DNA from: an uncultured Erysipelotrichaceae bacterium
GTDB lineage: Bacteria > Bacillota_I > Bacilli_A > Erysipelotrichales > Erysipelotrichaceae
Direction: 5' to 3'
Length of the DNA: 64,000 nucleotides
NCBI GenBank assembly: GCA_900314905.1
Contig: OMXA01000004.1
Location: 16,316 to 80,315 of the forward strand
Numbering within the stretch: the first letter of the stretch is position 1; each line of letters opens with the position of its first letter. Of the stretch, positions 1-9,605 are shown in pieces. The notes below the pieces were generated by a model that made no database searches, was not told the DNA's origin, and saw only the letters and a program-made list of their open reading frames with translations. The translations under genes and the position numbers were made by a program.

Positions 1-399
1 GCCCTCGATGATCGTAACCTGGTCTTCATCGGCAATGGCGGCGGTCGCATCATTGAGGGTCGTGAAGATCTCTTCGACACTCATGCTCGAATTCAGCGGA
101 TAATCACCTGCCTTGATATCCGAGAGATGGTTCACTCTTGCATAGAATGCAGCAAACAGCGCATTGCGCACGAGCTTCTCACTCTGAAGATGTTCGGCAA
201 CTGCCTTCAGAGAGTCCCCCGAATTCACGGTGAATACCACATCTTCCCCATTCCTGCTGACCGGTTTCAGCGAAGACCGATAGCCCGCATAGATCCCTCC
301 GAGGATGAGCATGAAAAGAATCAGGATCAGCGCAATGAGTCTTCCGACTCGGAGTCTTCTCTTCTTTCTGCGTTTTCCTGACGTTTTATGCTTCGCCAT
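1..399 (-). CDS. mltG: Endolytic transglycosylase MltG, N-terminal part (runs off the window edge)
   Basis: Manual translation from ATG at 399: MAKHKTSGKRRKKRRLRVGRLIALILILFMLILGGIYAGY...VVFTVNSGDSLKAVAEHLQSEKLVRN...IKAGDYPLNSSMSVEEIF...QVTIIEG. It has a basic N-terminus, one TM helix and YceG/MltG-like segments, and follows ruvX-DUF1292 as in the usual Firmicute order. Not in the supplied ORF track. Confidence 0.85.
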   Translation of the reverse strand, partial: MAKHKTSGKRRKKRRLRVGRLIALILILFMLILGGIYAGYRSSLKPVSRNGEDVVFTVNSGDSLKAVAEHLQSEKLVRNALFAAFYARVNHLSDIKAGDYPLNSSMSVEEIFTTLNDATAAIADEDQVTIIEG

Positions 400-649
400 C
401 TTCCTCTTCTTCTTTCTGGAATGCTCCGAGAACTTCCTCGCACATCTCGATCTCTTCGGGATCGGTTACTTCTTCCATCGTGCCGTCTGCCTCATAGCTA
501 TAGGCATAGACGGTTCCGCTCTCGTCATCCGGATCAGTGAACAGCACAAAATGACGGTTCTCATTCCGATCAAACGTCAGAACAATCTCCATCTCGTGTT
601 CCACCCCATCTTCGTCTGTCAGAAACAGACGCTTCTCTTCTTCCAGCAT
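386..649 (-). CDS. DUF1292 domain protein
   Basis: 87-aa acidic ORF (LTDEDGVEHEMEIVLTFD...FVLFT...EEIEMCEEVL) in the conserved ireB-ruvX-DUF1292 position. Confidence 0.85.
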   Translation of the reverse strand: MLEEEKRLFLTDEDGVEHEMEIVLTFDRNENRHFVLFTDPDDESGTVYAYSYEADGTMEEVTDPEEIEMCEEVLGAFQKEEEEDGEA

Positions 650-703
650 GCATGACCTCCTCTGGTTTCTTCATCACGTAAAAGGCGGCGGTGCATCGCC
701 TGC

Positions 704-1117
704 TTACTGATTCGCATCAAGATAATACTGCAGAATCCGCACCGCCGCCATCTGGTCAATCACTTTTTTCCGCTTTTTCCTGGATACATCTGCTTCCAGA
801 AGAATCGCCTCGGAATCCTTCGTGGTATTGCGCTCATCCTGAAGCCTGACCGGGATGCCGGATTCTTTCTCAAGCTGCTTTCCGAAAATCTCGCAGATCT
901 GGGCCCGTTCGCCAGCATCTCCATTTTCCAGAAGAGGATATCCGAGCACGATGAGGTCCGGTTTTTCCCGCTCAATCACCGCAAGGATCTTATCGAGTGC
1001 TGCATCGTAATCATCCGGATGAAACCGGATCGTCTCAACCGTTTCGGCAATGAAGCCTGTTTCGCTTCTGGAGATGCCGCAGGTGACACTGCCAAGATCC
1101 AGTCCGAGATACTTCAT
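704..1117 (-). CDS. ruvX: Holliday junction resolvase-like / pre-16S rRNA nuclease RuvX (YqgF family)
   Basis: Motifs [26 protein letters not shown] and [15 protein letters not shown]. Confidence 0.93.
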   Translation of the reverse strand: MKYLGLDLGSVTCGISRSETGFIAETVETIRFHPDDYDAALDKILAVIEREKPDLIVLGYPLLENGDAGERAQICEIFGKQLEKESGIPVRLQDERNTTKDSEAILLEADVSRKKRKKVIDQMAAVRILQYYLDANQ

Positions 1118-1389
1118 TCCTTGTTCTTTCCGTTTTCTTCCAGATAGAATCGGACAAGTTCCTCAATGATTTCATGCCGTTCCACCGACTGAATGATGCT
1201 GCGGGCATTCTTGTGACTGGAGATATAAGCAGGATCATTGGAGATCAGATAGCCAGCCAGCTGATTGATCGCATTGTATCCCCTCTCTTCCAGTGCCTCC
1301 TGCACCAGAAGCAGCACCTGACGGATATTTTCACGCCGGATCTGATCTGCATCAAAACTGACTGTCGGAGAAATATCATTCTTTGTCAT
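1114..1389 (-). CDS. ireB: IreB family regulatory phosphoprotein (UPF0297)
   Basis: Motif [32 protein letters not shown]. Start set at ATG 1389, downstream of a GAGGTG SD. Confidence 0.92.
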   Translation of the reverse strand: MTKNDISPTVSFDADQIRRENIRQVLLLVQEALEERGYNAINQLAGYLISNDPAYISSHKNARSIIQSVERHEIIEELVRFYLEENGKNKE

Positions 1390-1485
1390 GGGAATCACCT
1401 CGCTTATCCTCATTTTAGAGCAAAAAACGGTAAAAGTATATCTGAAAACAGCGCATTCACTTCAGGGTACGAAAGAGAATCGGCC

Positions 1486-1512
1486 AAAAGAAAAGCGAAT
1501 TGCTCCGCTTTT
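1486..1512 (-). terminator. Intrinsic terminator after alaS
   Basis: Minus strand reads GAAAAGCG-gagcaatt-CGCTTTTC followed by TTTT. Confidence 0.6.
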
Positions 1513-1535
1513 CCTCTGAACTATGTTTCATGCCA

Positions 1536-4181
1536 TCAGGCATTCTGAATTCTCGTGCGCACTTCTTCGAGGGCCGCATCAATCTTTGCGGTATCTCTGC
1601 CGCCAGCCTGAGCCATATCCGGCCGGCCGCCGCCATTGCCGCCCGTCACCTGAGCAGCTGCTTTCACGAGGTCGCCAGCCTTGAGCCCTTTTGCAATCGC
1701 AGCTTTGCTGCAGGCACAGACAAATGTCACCTTGCCGCTGCCTTCATTGGCAAGGAACACGATGCCATCCTGCATTTTATTGCGCAGCGTCTCGGCATAG
1801 TCTTTCATCGCTCCGGTTTCCAGATCTTTCTGCTTCAGGATCAGCACTTCAAGACCTGAGATGGATTCCTTCCTGGAGAGCTGCGCATCCGCATCGGCCT
1901 TCATTGCCTTCTGCTTCTCTGCAGCAACTTCCTTCTTCAGCTCCGCATTCTCTTCCATCAGCTTCGAAATGCGCTCCTTGAGGCCTTCCCAGTTCTTCAT
2001 CTTCAGGATGGCTGCGGTATCTTCGAGATAATCCTGTTCGCGGCGGAAGTCTTCATAAGCTGCCATCTTCGTTTCGCTGGTAATCCGGCGGATCCCGGAG
2101 CCGACGGATTCCTCGCTGATGATCCGGAATACGCCAAGATCACCGGTATTGGACACATGCGTGCCGCCGCAGAACTCCTTGGAGAAATCGCCCATCGAGA
2201 CTACCCGGACGAAGTCTCCGTACTTTTCATCAAACAGCGCCGTAGCCCCGGTCTTTCGTGCTTCCTCGATCGGCAGCACCTGTGTGGTAACCGGAATGTC
2301 TTCCTGAATCTTCTCGTTGACGATCTCTTCTACTCTCTTCAGCTGCTCAGCCGTCGGCTTTTCGAAATGCGTGAAGTCAAAACGAGCATAATCCGGGCAG
2401 TTGTAGGAACCAGCCTGAGCAATATGGCTGCCGAGCACTTCTCTGAGCGCAGCCTGCAGCAGATGCAGCGAGCTGTGGTTTGCCCGGGTTTTCTGACGTG
2501 CTTCATAGTCATAAGCACCTTCTACCTCATCACCGAGGTGCAGAGTTCCTTCCACGTTTTCGATATGATGCAGCGGCTGCTTGTGCGGTGCCTTCTTCAC
2601 ATCGGTCACATCCGCATGGAAGAGATCATTCCAGATCTTTCCTGTATCTGCGCACTGTCCGCCAGACTCTGCATAGAAGCAGGTGCTGGAGAGAATGACA
2701 TCGCCCTCTCCTTCCAGTTCCTCTACCTTCACGCCATTGCGGAACAGGCCGATGACCTTTCCTCTGCAGGTACGATCGCTGTAGCCGGTGAACACAGATT
2801 CTTCCGTGAAGTCCATCAGATCCTCGGACTGACCATGCATGGACTGCAGTTCGCCACGGGCATCTCTTGCCCGCTGCTTCTGCGCAGCCATCTCGCGGTC
2901 GAATCCGGCTTCATCTACGGTATAGCCAGCTTCTTCAGCAATCTCTGCCGTAAGCTCTTTCGGATAGCCATACGTATCATAGAGACGGAATACGACTTCT
3001 CCCGGCAGGTTCTTCGTATCCGCATGTTCCTTCAGAGCTTCCTGAAGGAGCGCCTCTCCATTGGCCAGGGTGCGGTGGAAAGATTCTTCTTCATTCTTCA
3101 CGAGCTTCTCGATCAGCGGAACCTTTTCCTCGACATAGCCGTAGTATTCCTTCATGGCATCTGCTGCGACCTGCACCAGCTTGTACATGAACGAGCCTTC
3201 AATTCCAAGCTTGATTCCATAGCGCACTGCCCTGCGCAGCACTCTGCGCAGCACATAGCCTCTGCCTTCATTCGAGAACATCGCACCATCCGCAATTGCA
3301 AACGTTACCGTGCGGATATGGTCGGCAATGACCCGGTATGCCATCTTGTACTCCGGATCGGAATACGGATGCTTTGCGAACTTCTCTGCTCCTTCGATAA
3401 TCGGCATGAAGAGGTCCGTATCAAAATTGGTTTCCTTGTCCTGAACAAGGCAGACCAGGCGTTCCAAGCCCATGCCCGTATCGATGTTCTTCTGAGGAAG
3501 TTCTTTGTATTCGGTGCGCGGAACTTCGCCCGGGCGGCAGTCATACTGCGAGAAGACGATATTCCAGACTTCTATGTAGCGGTCATTATCCAGATCTTCG
3601 AAGAAGAGCTTCTCACCGATATGATCCGGATCATACTTTTCACCGCGGTCGTAATAGATCTCGGTATCCGGTCCGCCTGGGCCTCTGCCGATTTCCCAGA
3701 AGTTATCCATGGATTTATGGATATGCTTCGGGTTCATGCCGGTTTTCACCCAGATGTCATATGCCTCCTGATCATCCGGATAGACGGTGACATACAGACG
3801 CTCCGGATCGAATCCGATCCAGTCTTCAGAAGTCAGAAATTCCCATGCCCACGGAATGGCCTCTTTCTTGAAGAAGTCGCCGATGGAGAAATCGCCGAGC
3901 ATCTCGAACATCGTGAGATGTCTGGAAGTACGGCCGACATTCTCGATGTCATTCGTGCGGATGCACTTCTGGGCGTTGACGATGCGGTTGCACTTCGGCT
4001 TCTCCGTTCCGTCAAAATACTTCTTCAGGGTGGAAACCCCTGCATTGATCCAGAGCAGCGTCGGATCATTGTGCGGAATCAGGCTGGCACTCGGCTCTAC
4101 CTGAAATCCCTTCTGGGCAAAGAAATCCAGGAACATCTGACGCACCTGATTTCCCGTCGGTACTTTTCTTGTTTCGCTCAT
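1536..4181 (-). CDS. alaS: Alanine--tRNA ligase
   Basis: 881 aa with motifs DPTLLWINAG, RHLTMFEMLG, IDTGMGLER, RVIADHIR, NHSSLHLL, EFCGGTHV and a GGNGGG DHHA1 tail. Confidence 0.98.
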   Translation of the reverse strand: MSETRKVPTGNQVRQMFLDFFAQKGFQVEPSASLIPHNDPTLLWINAGVSTLKKYFDGTEKPKCNRIVNAQKCIRTNDIENVGRTSRHLTMFEMLGDFSIGDFFKKEAIPWAWEFLTSEDWIGFDPERLYVTVYPDDQEAYDIWVKTGMNPKHIHKSMDNFWEIGRGPGGPDTEIYYDRGEKYDPDHIGEKLFFEDLDNDRYIEVWNIVFSQYDCRPGEVPRTEYKELPQKNIDTGMGLERLVCLVQDKETNFDTDLFMPIIEGAEKFAKHPYSDPEYKMAYRVIADHIRTVTFAIADGAMFSNEGRGYVLRRVLRRAVRYGIKLGIEGSFMYKLVQVAADAMKEYYGYVEEKVPLIEKLVKNEEESFHRTLANGEALLQEALKEHADTKNLPGEVVFRLYDTYGYPKELTAEIAEEAGYTVDEAGFDREMAAQKQRARDARGELQSMHGQSEDLMDFTEESVFTGYSDRTCRGKVIGLFRNGVKVEELEGEGDVILSSTCFYAESGGQCADTGKIWNDLFHADVTDVKKAPHKQPLHHIENVEGTLHLGDEVEGAYDYEARQKTRANHSSLHLLQAALREVLGSHIAQAGSYNCPDYARFDFTHFEKPTAEQLKRVEEIVNEKIQEDIPVTTQVLPIEEARKTGATALFDEKYGDFVRVVSMGDFSKEFCGGTHVSNTGDLGVFRIISEESVGSGIRRITSETKMAAYEDFRREQDYLEDTAAILKMKNWEGLKERISKLMEENAELKKEVAAEKQKAMKADADAQLSRKESISGLEVLILKQKDLETGAMKDYAETLRNKMQDGIVFLANEGSGKVTFVCACSKAAIAKGLKAGDLVKAAAQVTGGNGGGRPDMAQAGGRDTAKIDAALEEVRTRIQNA

Positions 4182-4197
4182 ATCTTCCTCCTATGAA

Positions 4198-4420
4198 ATA
4201 AAAAACCTGCAGAAATCTCTGCAGGAACGCTCTTCACGCGGTACCATCCTGATTCATGCTCCCTAGCACGGAACACACCCTTCATTCTGATCATAACGCC
4301 GATCCCGCGGCATGGATTGGATGCCTCTCCGAAGCAGCTTCATAAACGCCTTCCTGGAAGCTTTCACCAGCCGCTTCCTCTCTTTTTCAGGATCTGCGCT
4401 TATTACTCGTCTTCTTCACC
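4198..4420 (-). promoter_or_regulatory. Ala T-box riboswitch leader of alaS
   Basis: Minus strand shows AGAGAGG...GGTGAAA stem-I motifs, a GAA-GCT (Ala) specifier at 4336-4341, the T-box TGGTACCGCG at 4237-4246, and the terminator CCTGCAGA-gatt-TCTGCAGG followed by TTTTT at about 4200-4225. Confidence 0.9.
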
Positions 4421-4505
4421 GAGTTCCTGCATATCCTATCACGAAACGATTTTCAAGAAAAGCGGAAATCCCGCAGGAAAGCAGGCGGTTCAGAAGACTT
4501 TCGGA

Positions 4506-4544
4506 TTGACGAAATGCATATGATGCAATATATTTCATATATTG
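4506..4544 (+). promoter_or_regulatory. SigA-type promoter with overlapping palindrome upstream of the ABC operon
   Basis: TTGACG (4506)-17 bp-TATATT (4529). The perfect inverted repeat CAATATAT-ttc-ATATATTG (4526-4544) covers the -10. Confidence 0.6.
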
Positions 4545-4565
4545 TAAGAAATTACAGCAAGGGGA

Positions 4566-5603
4566 ATGAAAACTATGAAGAAATTTACAGCAGCACTTCT
4601 GAGCTCCGTATTGTGTACGAGTCTTGCAGGATGCGGTTCCTCCGCTTCCTCTGCTACTGCTGCAGCATCTGCTGCAGCTTCTGAAACACCAGCCGCATCG
4701 GCTGCAGCAGATACCGCTGGCAGGACCTATACGATCGGAATCGTTCAGCTTGTTCAGCATGTCGCCCTCGATGCAGCAACCCAGGGCTTCCAGGATGAAG
4801 TGAAAAAAGAACTTGGCGAAGATGCAGTCACGTTCGATGTGCAGAATGCAGCTGGCGATTCAGCAACCTGCACGACCATCGCCAACCAATTCGTCACCGA
4901 GGGGGTCGACCTGATTCTTGCGAATGCTACGCCTGCTCTTCAGGCAGCCGCCGCGGCTACCAATACGATTCCGATTCTCGGAACTTCCGTCACGGAATAC
5001 GGAACCGCACTTGGCATTTCCGATTTCAGCGGGACAGTCGGCGGCAATATTTCCGGGACGTCTGATCTGGCGCCGCTGGATCAGCAGGCCGCAATGTTCG
5101 ATGAACTGCTTCCGGATGCACAGAAGATCGGAATTCTGTACTGCTCTGCCGAGGCAAATTCCGTCTATCAGGCAGATGTAGTCCAGAAAGCTCTGGAAGA
5201 TGCCGGCAAGACGGTCACAATCTACACCTTCACGGACTCTAATGATGTCGCTTCAGTTACGAGATCCGCCTGCTCAGAGAATGACGCGCTCTACATCCCG
5301 ACCGATAATACAGCTGCTTCCTGCGCCGAGTCCATCAATAACGTCGCCTCGGAATCCAGTACTCCGATCATTGCTGGAGAAGAAGGAATCATGAGCGGCT
5401 GCGGAATTGCTTCGCTTTCCATCGACTACTATGAGCTTGGCGTGACGACCGGAAAGATGGCAGTCAGGATCCTGAAAGGCGAGGACGATATCAGCACCAT
5501 GCCGATTGAATACTATGCCAACCCAGTCAAGAAATATATGCCGGAGCGCTGCGAAGCATACGGAATCAGTGTTCCGGATGATTACACTGCATACGAGGGC
5601 TGA
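4566..5603 (+). CDS. ABC transporter substrate-binding lipoprotein (ABC_sub_bind family; possibly aromatic amino acids)
   Basis: Lipobox LAGC, Ala-rich linker, and motifs IGIVQLVQHVALDAATQGF, DLILANATPA, GGNISGTSD, YIPTDNTAA. Confidence 0.88.
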   Translation: MKTMKKFTAALLSSVLCTSLAGCGSSASSATAAASAAASETPAASAAADTAGRTYTIGIVQLVQHVALDAATQGFQDEVKKELGEDAVTFDVQNAAGDSATCTTIANQFVTEGVDLILANATPALQAAAAATNTIPILGTSVTEYGTALGISDFSGTVGGNISGTSDLAPLDQQAAMFDELLPDAQKIGILYCSAEANSVYQADVVQKALEDAGKTVTIYTFTDSNDVASVTRSACSENDALYIPTDNTAASCAESINNVASESSTPIIAGEEGIMSGCGIASLSIDYYELGVTTGKMAVRILKGEDDISTMPIEYYANPVKKYMPERCEAYGISVPDDYTAYEG

Positions 5604-5609
5604 TTCAGG

Positions 5610-6566
5610 ATGGTTTCTCTTGTAGCAGTTTATCCAGCCCTTGATCCTGCCAAGCTTCTGGCTTCGATGCCCGCTGGCATTGCCCAGGGGCTGATCTGGG
5701 GCATCATGGCCCTCGGGGTCTATATTACGTTCCGGATGCTTGATTTTGCAGATATGACGGTAGACGGCACCTTCACGACCGGGGGTGCGGTCACCGTCAT
5801 GCTGATCTTAGCGGGATGGAATCCATGGGCTGCAATGCTGATCGCAGCTGCCGCCGGAATCGCAGCAGGCCTTGTCACCGGACTGCTGCATACTGCGCTT
5901 GGGATTCCCGGGATCCTTTCCGGGATCCTGACCCAGTTTGCACTGTATTCGATCAATCTTGCGATCATGGGCATGTCTGCAAATAAAGCACTGAGCGTGG
6001 ATCAGTATACTCTGGCAGTGACTTCGAGAGAGGTTCCTTCGGCAATTCTGATCGGTGTTTTTCTCAGCGTGATCATGGTTGCTCTTCTCTACTGGTACTT
6101 CGGCACGGAACACGGCTCGGCCATGCGTGCAACCGGCTGCAACCCTGAAATGGCGAAAGCCCAGGGCATTTCCATCAATGCGATGAAGGTCATCGGCCTT
6201 GCCCTTTCCAACGGTCTGGTTGCCTTCTCGGGCGGACTGATGGCCCAGTTCCAGGGATTCTCTGATATCAACATGGGCCGCGGTGCGATCGTCATCGGCC
6301 TGGCAGCAGTCATCATCGGCGAGGTCATTGCGTCAGCGGTCAATCCGAAGAAGTTCAATTTCGGCTTCAGACTTCTGCTGATTGTCCTGGGCGGGGTTAT
6401 CTACTACCTCGTCGTCGTGCTGGTTCTATGGATGAAGCTTCCTTCCAACTACCTCCGGCTGTTCACGGCAGTGATTGTTGCAGTTTTCCTGGCAGTTCCG
6501 AATCTTCAGGCAAGAAGCAGAAGCTCGTTTGCCAAAGCAGCAAGACAAGCCAAGGAGGTACGCTGA
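5610..6566 (+). CDS. ABC transporter permease (BPD_transp_2 type)
   Basis: Hydrophobic, with motifs DMTVDGTFTTGGA, AMRATGCNPEMAKAQGI and DINMGRGAIVIGLAAVIIGE. Confidence 0.9.
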   Translation: MVSLVAVYPALDPAKLLASMPAGIAQGLIWGIMALGVYITFRMLDFADMTVDGTFTTGGAVTVMLILAGWNPWAAMLIAAAAGIAAGLVTGLLHTALGIPGILSGILTQFALYSINLAIMGMSANKALSVDQYTLAVTSREVPSAILIGVFLSVIMVALLYWYFGTEHGSAMRATGCNPEMAKAQGISINAMKVIGLALSNGLVAFSGGLMAQFQGFSDINMGRGAIVIGLAAVIIGEVIASAVNPKKFNFGFRLLLIVLGGVIYYLVVVLVLWMKLPSNYLRLFTAVIVAVFLAVPNLQARSRSSFAKAARQAKEVR

Positions 6567-6567
6567 T

Positions 6568-7374
6568 ATGACCGCAATGCTGGAACTGAAGCGGATCTCC
6601 AAAACCTTTAATCCGAAGACGATTACCGAGAAACACGCACTGGAGGAAATCAGCCTCACGATGGAAGAAGGAGATTTCGTCACTGTCATCGGATCCAACG
6701 GAGCCGGAAAGAGCACGATGCTCAATGCGATTGCCGGGGTATGGCCGGTGGATGCAGGAAAGATCGTGATTGCAGGTCAGGATGTGACCGGACTGCCTGA
6801 TTACAGGCGGGCAGGGCTGATCGGACGGGTCTTCCAGGATCCCATGACCGGAACGGCTGCGACCATGCAGATAGATGAGAATCTTGCCCTGGCGGCCAGA
6901 CGCGGCCATCGGCGCACGCTGAAATGGGGTGTGACTGCGGAAGAACGTCTGCAGTATCAGAAGATGCTGGAAGAACTCGGACTCGGCCTGGAAGATAGGC
7001 TGAGCGCGAAAGTCGGGCTGCTGTCAGGCGGACAGAGACAGGCCCTCACCCTTCTGATGGCAAGCCTTCAGAAACCGAAGCTCCTGCTGCTTGATGAGCA
7101 TACGGCAGCTCTTGATCCTAAGACTGCCCGCAAGGTTCTTGACCTGACAGATACCATTGTTCAGCGGGACCACCTGACTGCGCTGATGGTGACGCATAAT
7201 ATGAAAGATGCGATTCAGCGCGGCAACCGGCTGATCATGATGCATGAAGGCCGGATTATCTTCGATGTCCGCGATGAAGCAAAGGCTTCTCTTACCGTAG
7301 AAGATCTATTGCGGAAGTTCGGCGAGGCAAGCGGCGAAGAGTATGCCGATGATCAGGCATTGCTGACGAAATAA
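6568..7374 (+). CDS. ABC transporter ATP-binding protein
   Basis: Walker A GSNGAGKST, signature LSGGQRQ, Walker B LLLLDEH. Start ATG 6568 follows an AAGGAGG SD. Confidence 0.93.
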   Translation: MTAMLELKRISKTFNPKTITEKHALEEISLTMEEGDFVTVIGSNGAGKSTMLNAIAGVWPVDAGKIVIAGQDVTGLPDYRRAGLIGRVFQDPMTGTAATMQIDENLALAARRGHRRTLKWGVTAEERLQYQKMLEELGLGLEDRLSAKVGLLSGGQRQALTLLMASLQKPKLLLLDEHTAALDPKTARKVLDLTDTIVQRDHLTALMVTHNMKDAIQRGNRLIMMHEGRIIFDVRDEAKASLTVEDLLRKFGEASGEEYADDQALLTK

Positions 7375-7380
7375 GCAAAT

Positions 7381-7408
7381 GAAAAGGACAGCCTGTGCTG
7401 CCCTTTTC
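7381..7408. terminator. Bidirectional terminator between the ABC operon and recD2
   Basis: Imperfect hairpin GAAAAGGacagc-ctgt-gctgcCCTTTTC between convergent genes. Confidence 0.55.
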
Positions 7409-9605
7409 ATATGGAATGACTATTCTGTGCCTGGATCAGCTTTTCTTTCAGCCCGGTATTGCGCACATGACGCTCCAGCGTGCTGATGCCCTGCAGAAAA
7501 GCTCCCTTCTCTCCTAAAAGGACCAGTGACTGTCTTGCCCGGGTGACTCCGGTATAGATCAGTTTTCTCTGCAGCATGTAGTAATACTGATACGTCATCG
7601 GCATGATCACGATCGGGTATTCGCTGCCTTGTGCCTTGTGAATCGAAATGCAGTATGCAAGCGTGATATTCCGGAATCCTTCCGGATTGTATTCGACATA
7701 GTTGTCGTCTTCGAAGCGGACTACGAGAGCTGGCTCATGATTTTCCGTTTCCGTCTTGTCATAGATCTCGACGAGTTCTCCGATATCCCCATTTGAAATA
7801 CCGTCATCAGGCTGATTCTTCAGCTGCAGAATCTTGTCATGAAGCCGGAAGGTCAGATATCCGACTTTCAGTTCAGGCTTGGATATTTCAGGCGGATTGA
7901 AGCACTGCTGCAGAGCATTGTTCAGCACGTCAATGCCAGCCGGACCGCCATAGATGGGACTGAGCACCTGGATATCGTTCATCTCATAGCCTTTTTCAAG
8001 TGCACTCTTCACGACCGCAAGAACCCGGTCTCTGATCTCATACCTGGAACATTCCAGAAACTTCACATCATGGCTGAGATCACTGAAATCAGCAGTGCCA
8101 TCATGAATCTCATGGGCGAGCCGGATGACATCGCTGCCTTCTTTCTGGCGGTAGATATGGGTCAGGCGGATCAGCGGAAAGCAGCTGCTTTCAATCAGAT
8201 CGCGCAGCACGCTGCCAGGTGAAACAGAAGGCAGCTGGTCTTCATCGCCGATGACGCAGATCCTGCGGACATGGCGGGAGGCTTTCAGAAGGTTATAGAA
8301 CAGCCAGTTATCAACCATCGAGAACTCATCGATGATCAGGAGATCCGCATTGAGCGGCTCTTCTTCATTGACTCCGAAGGTATTGGTTTCAAGATCCCAC
8401 TTGAGCAGAGAATGAATCGTGACTGCTTCCGTTTCCGTTGTTTCAGCAAGATGCTTTGCGGCTCTTCCAGTCGGAGCGGTGCAGACGACATTGCTGCCTG
8501 GATAAATCATTCTGAACAAGGTCACAAGAGCCCGTACCACCGTCGTCTTTCCGGTTCCGGGGCCGCCGGTGAGAATCAGAAACGGGTTCTTGAAGAACGT
8601 ATGAACTGCTCTTCGCTGGGAATCATCATAAGCAATCTGAAATCGAGTCTCGAGATCGCTGAGGTAGCCATTCACGGCTTCTTCCGGAGCCGGATCCAGC
8701 TGTTCTTCCGGGAATGACGCAAGAAACGTGCTGATAAAGGATTCAGACTGATACTGCGAGATCGGATAGACGCGATTTTCTTCCAGAACGAGCTGATTGC
8801 GGAATACTGCCCTGGACAGAAGATCATCGAAATCATATGCCAGGCCGCTCATCGCTTTCTCAAATCTGGCTTCGAGAGTCTCTTTCAGAACATAGGAGTC
8901 TCCCGAAGAGACGCAGAGATCCATGCATAGCGAAACCAGATAGGCATAAAGCCTGCGTGCATCATCCTGAGCAATTCCGAGGGAACCGGCAATCTTGTCA
9001 GCAGTTCTGAAGCCGAAGCCGTCACATTCTTCAATGACCCGGTACGGGTTTTCACGGATTTTCTCAAGGGCATCCTTCCCATAGGCGCGATTCAGCCGGA
9101 TCAGGTTTCTCTGTCCGAGACCGTGGATATTCAGAAAGCGAACCAGATCCTGCATGCCGTCGGACTCTTTCTGCAGTCCTTCGGCAATGACCTGGATTCT
9201 TTCTTCGGAAAGCCCGGAAACCTGATGCAGAATATCCGGATTTTCCCGGATTTCCTTCAGACAGTCTTCGCCGAGGGCACTGACGATCGCCTTGGCTGTT
9301 TTCTTTCCGATGCCGGGAAACTGAAGGCCGGAAAGATAGCGGATGATTCCCTCTTCTTCATCCGGAAGCAGTCGTTCCATCGACTGGATGGAAAACTGCA
9401 TGCCGTATTTGGGATGTTCGACATAAGTCCCGTAAAGCCGGACCAGAATATCGGTTTCCACCGAAGGAAGAATGCCGGTGCAGGTGATGACCTTCTCGGT
9501 TTCATCCTGGAGCCGGAACTTCATCACGGTATACATCGAAGCATCATTCCGGTAGACGACATAAACGATTTTGCCAGTCAGTTCGATCAGCTTTCCATCA
9601 TCCAT
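7407..9605 (-). CDS. recD2: ATP-dependent RecD2-like SF1B helicase
   Basis: HhH N-terminus and motifs GGPGTGKT, APTGRAA, IIDEFSM, GDEDQLPSV and AYCISIHKAQGSE. Confidence 0.95.
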   Translation of the reverse strand: MDDGKLIELTGKIVYVVYRNDASMYTVMKFRLQDETEKVITCTGILPSVETDILVRLYGTYVEHPKYGMQFSIQSMERLLPDEEEGIIRYLSGLQFPGIGKKTAKAIVSALGEDCLKEIRENPDILHQVSGLSEERIQVIAEGLQKESDGMQDLVRFLNIHGLGQRNLIRLNRAYGKDALEKIRENPYRVIEECDGFGFRTADKIAGSLGIAQDDARRLYAYLVSLCMDLCVSSGDSYVLKETLEARFEKAMSGLAYDFDDLLSRAVFRNQLVLEENRVYPISQYQSESFISTFLASFPEEQLDPAPEEAVNGYLSDLETRFQIAYDDSQRRAVHTFFKNPFLILTGGPGTGKTTVVRALVTLFRMIYPGSNVVCTAPTGRAAKHLAETTETEAVTIHSLLKWDLETNTFGVNEEEPLNADLLIIDEFSMVDNWLFYNLLKASRHVRRICVIGDEDQLPSVSPGSVLRDLIESSCFPLIRLTHIYRQKEGSDVIRLAHEIHDGTADFSDLSHDVKFLECSRYEIRDRVLAVVKSALEKGYEMNDIQVLSPIYGGPAGIDVLNNALQQCFNPPEISKPELKVGYLTFRLHDKILQLKNQPDDGISNGDIGELVEIYDKTETENHEPALVVRFEDDNYVEYNPEGFRNITLAYCISIHKAQGSEYPIVIMPMTYQYYYMLQRKLIYTGVTRARQSLVLLGEKGAFLQGISTLERHVRNTGLKEKLIQAQNSHSI

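Noticed and set aside
127-655. ORFs 127..381 and 305..655 on the + strand
   Set aside because: They are antisense to mltG and DUF1292, which account for the region with recognisable proteins.
2157-4196. 679-aa ORF on the + strand antisense to alaS
   Set aside because: It is a shadow frame of a highly conserved gene, with no recognisable motifs or SD. Long antisense ORFs are frequent throughout this window because of codon bias.
4640-4720. GCT/GCA-rich repeats in the SBP genes (also 29390-29430)
   Set aside because: These encode Ala/Ser-rich lipoprotein linkers. They are not CRISPR or DNA-level repeats.
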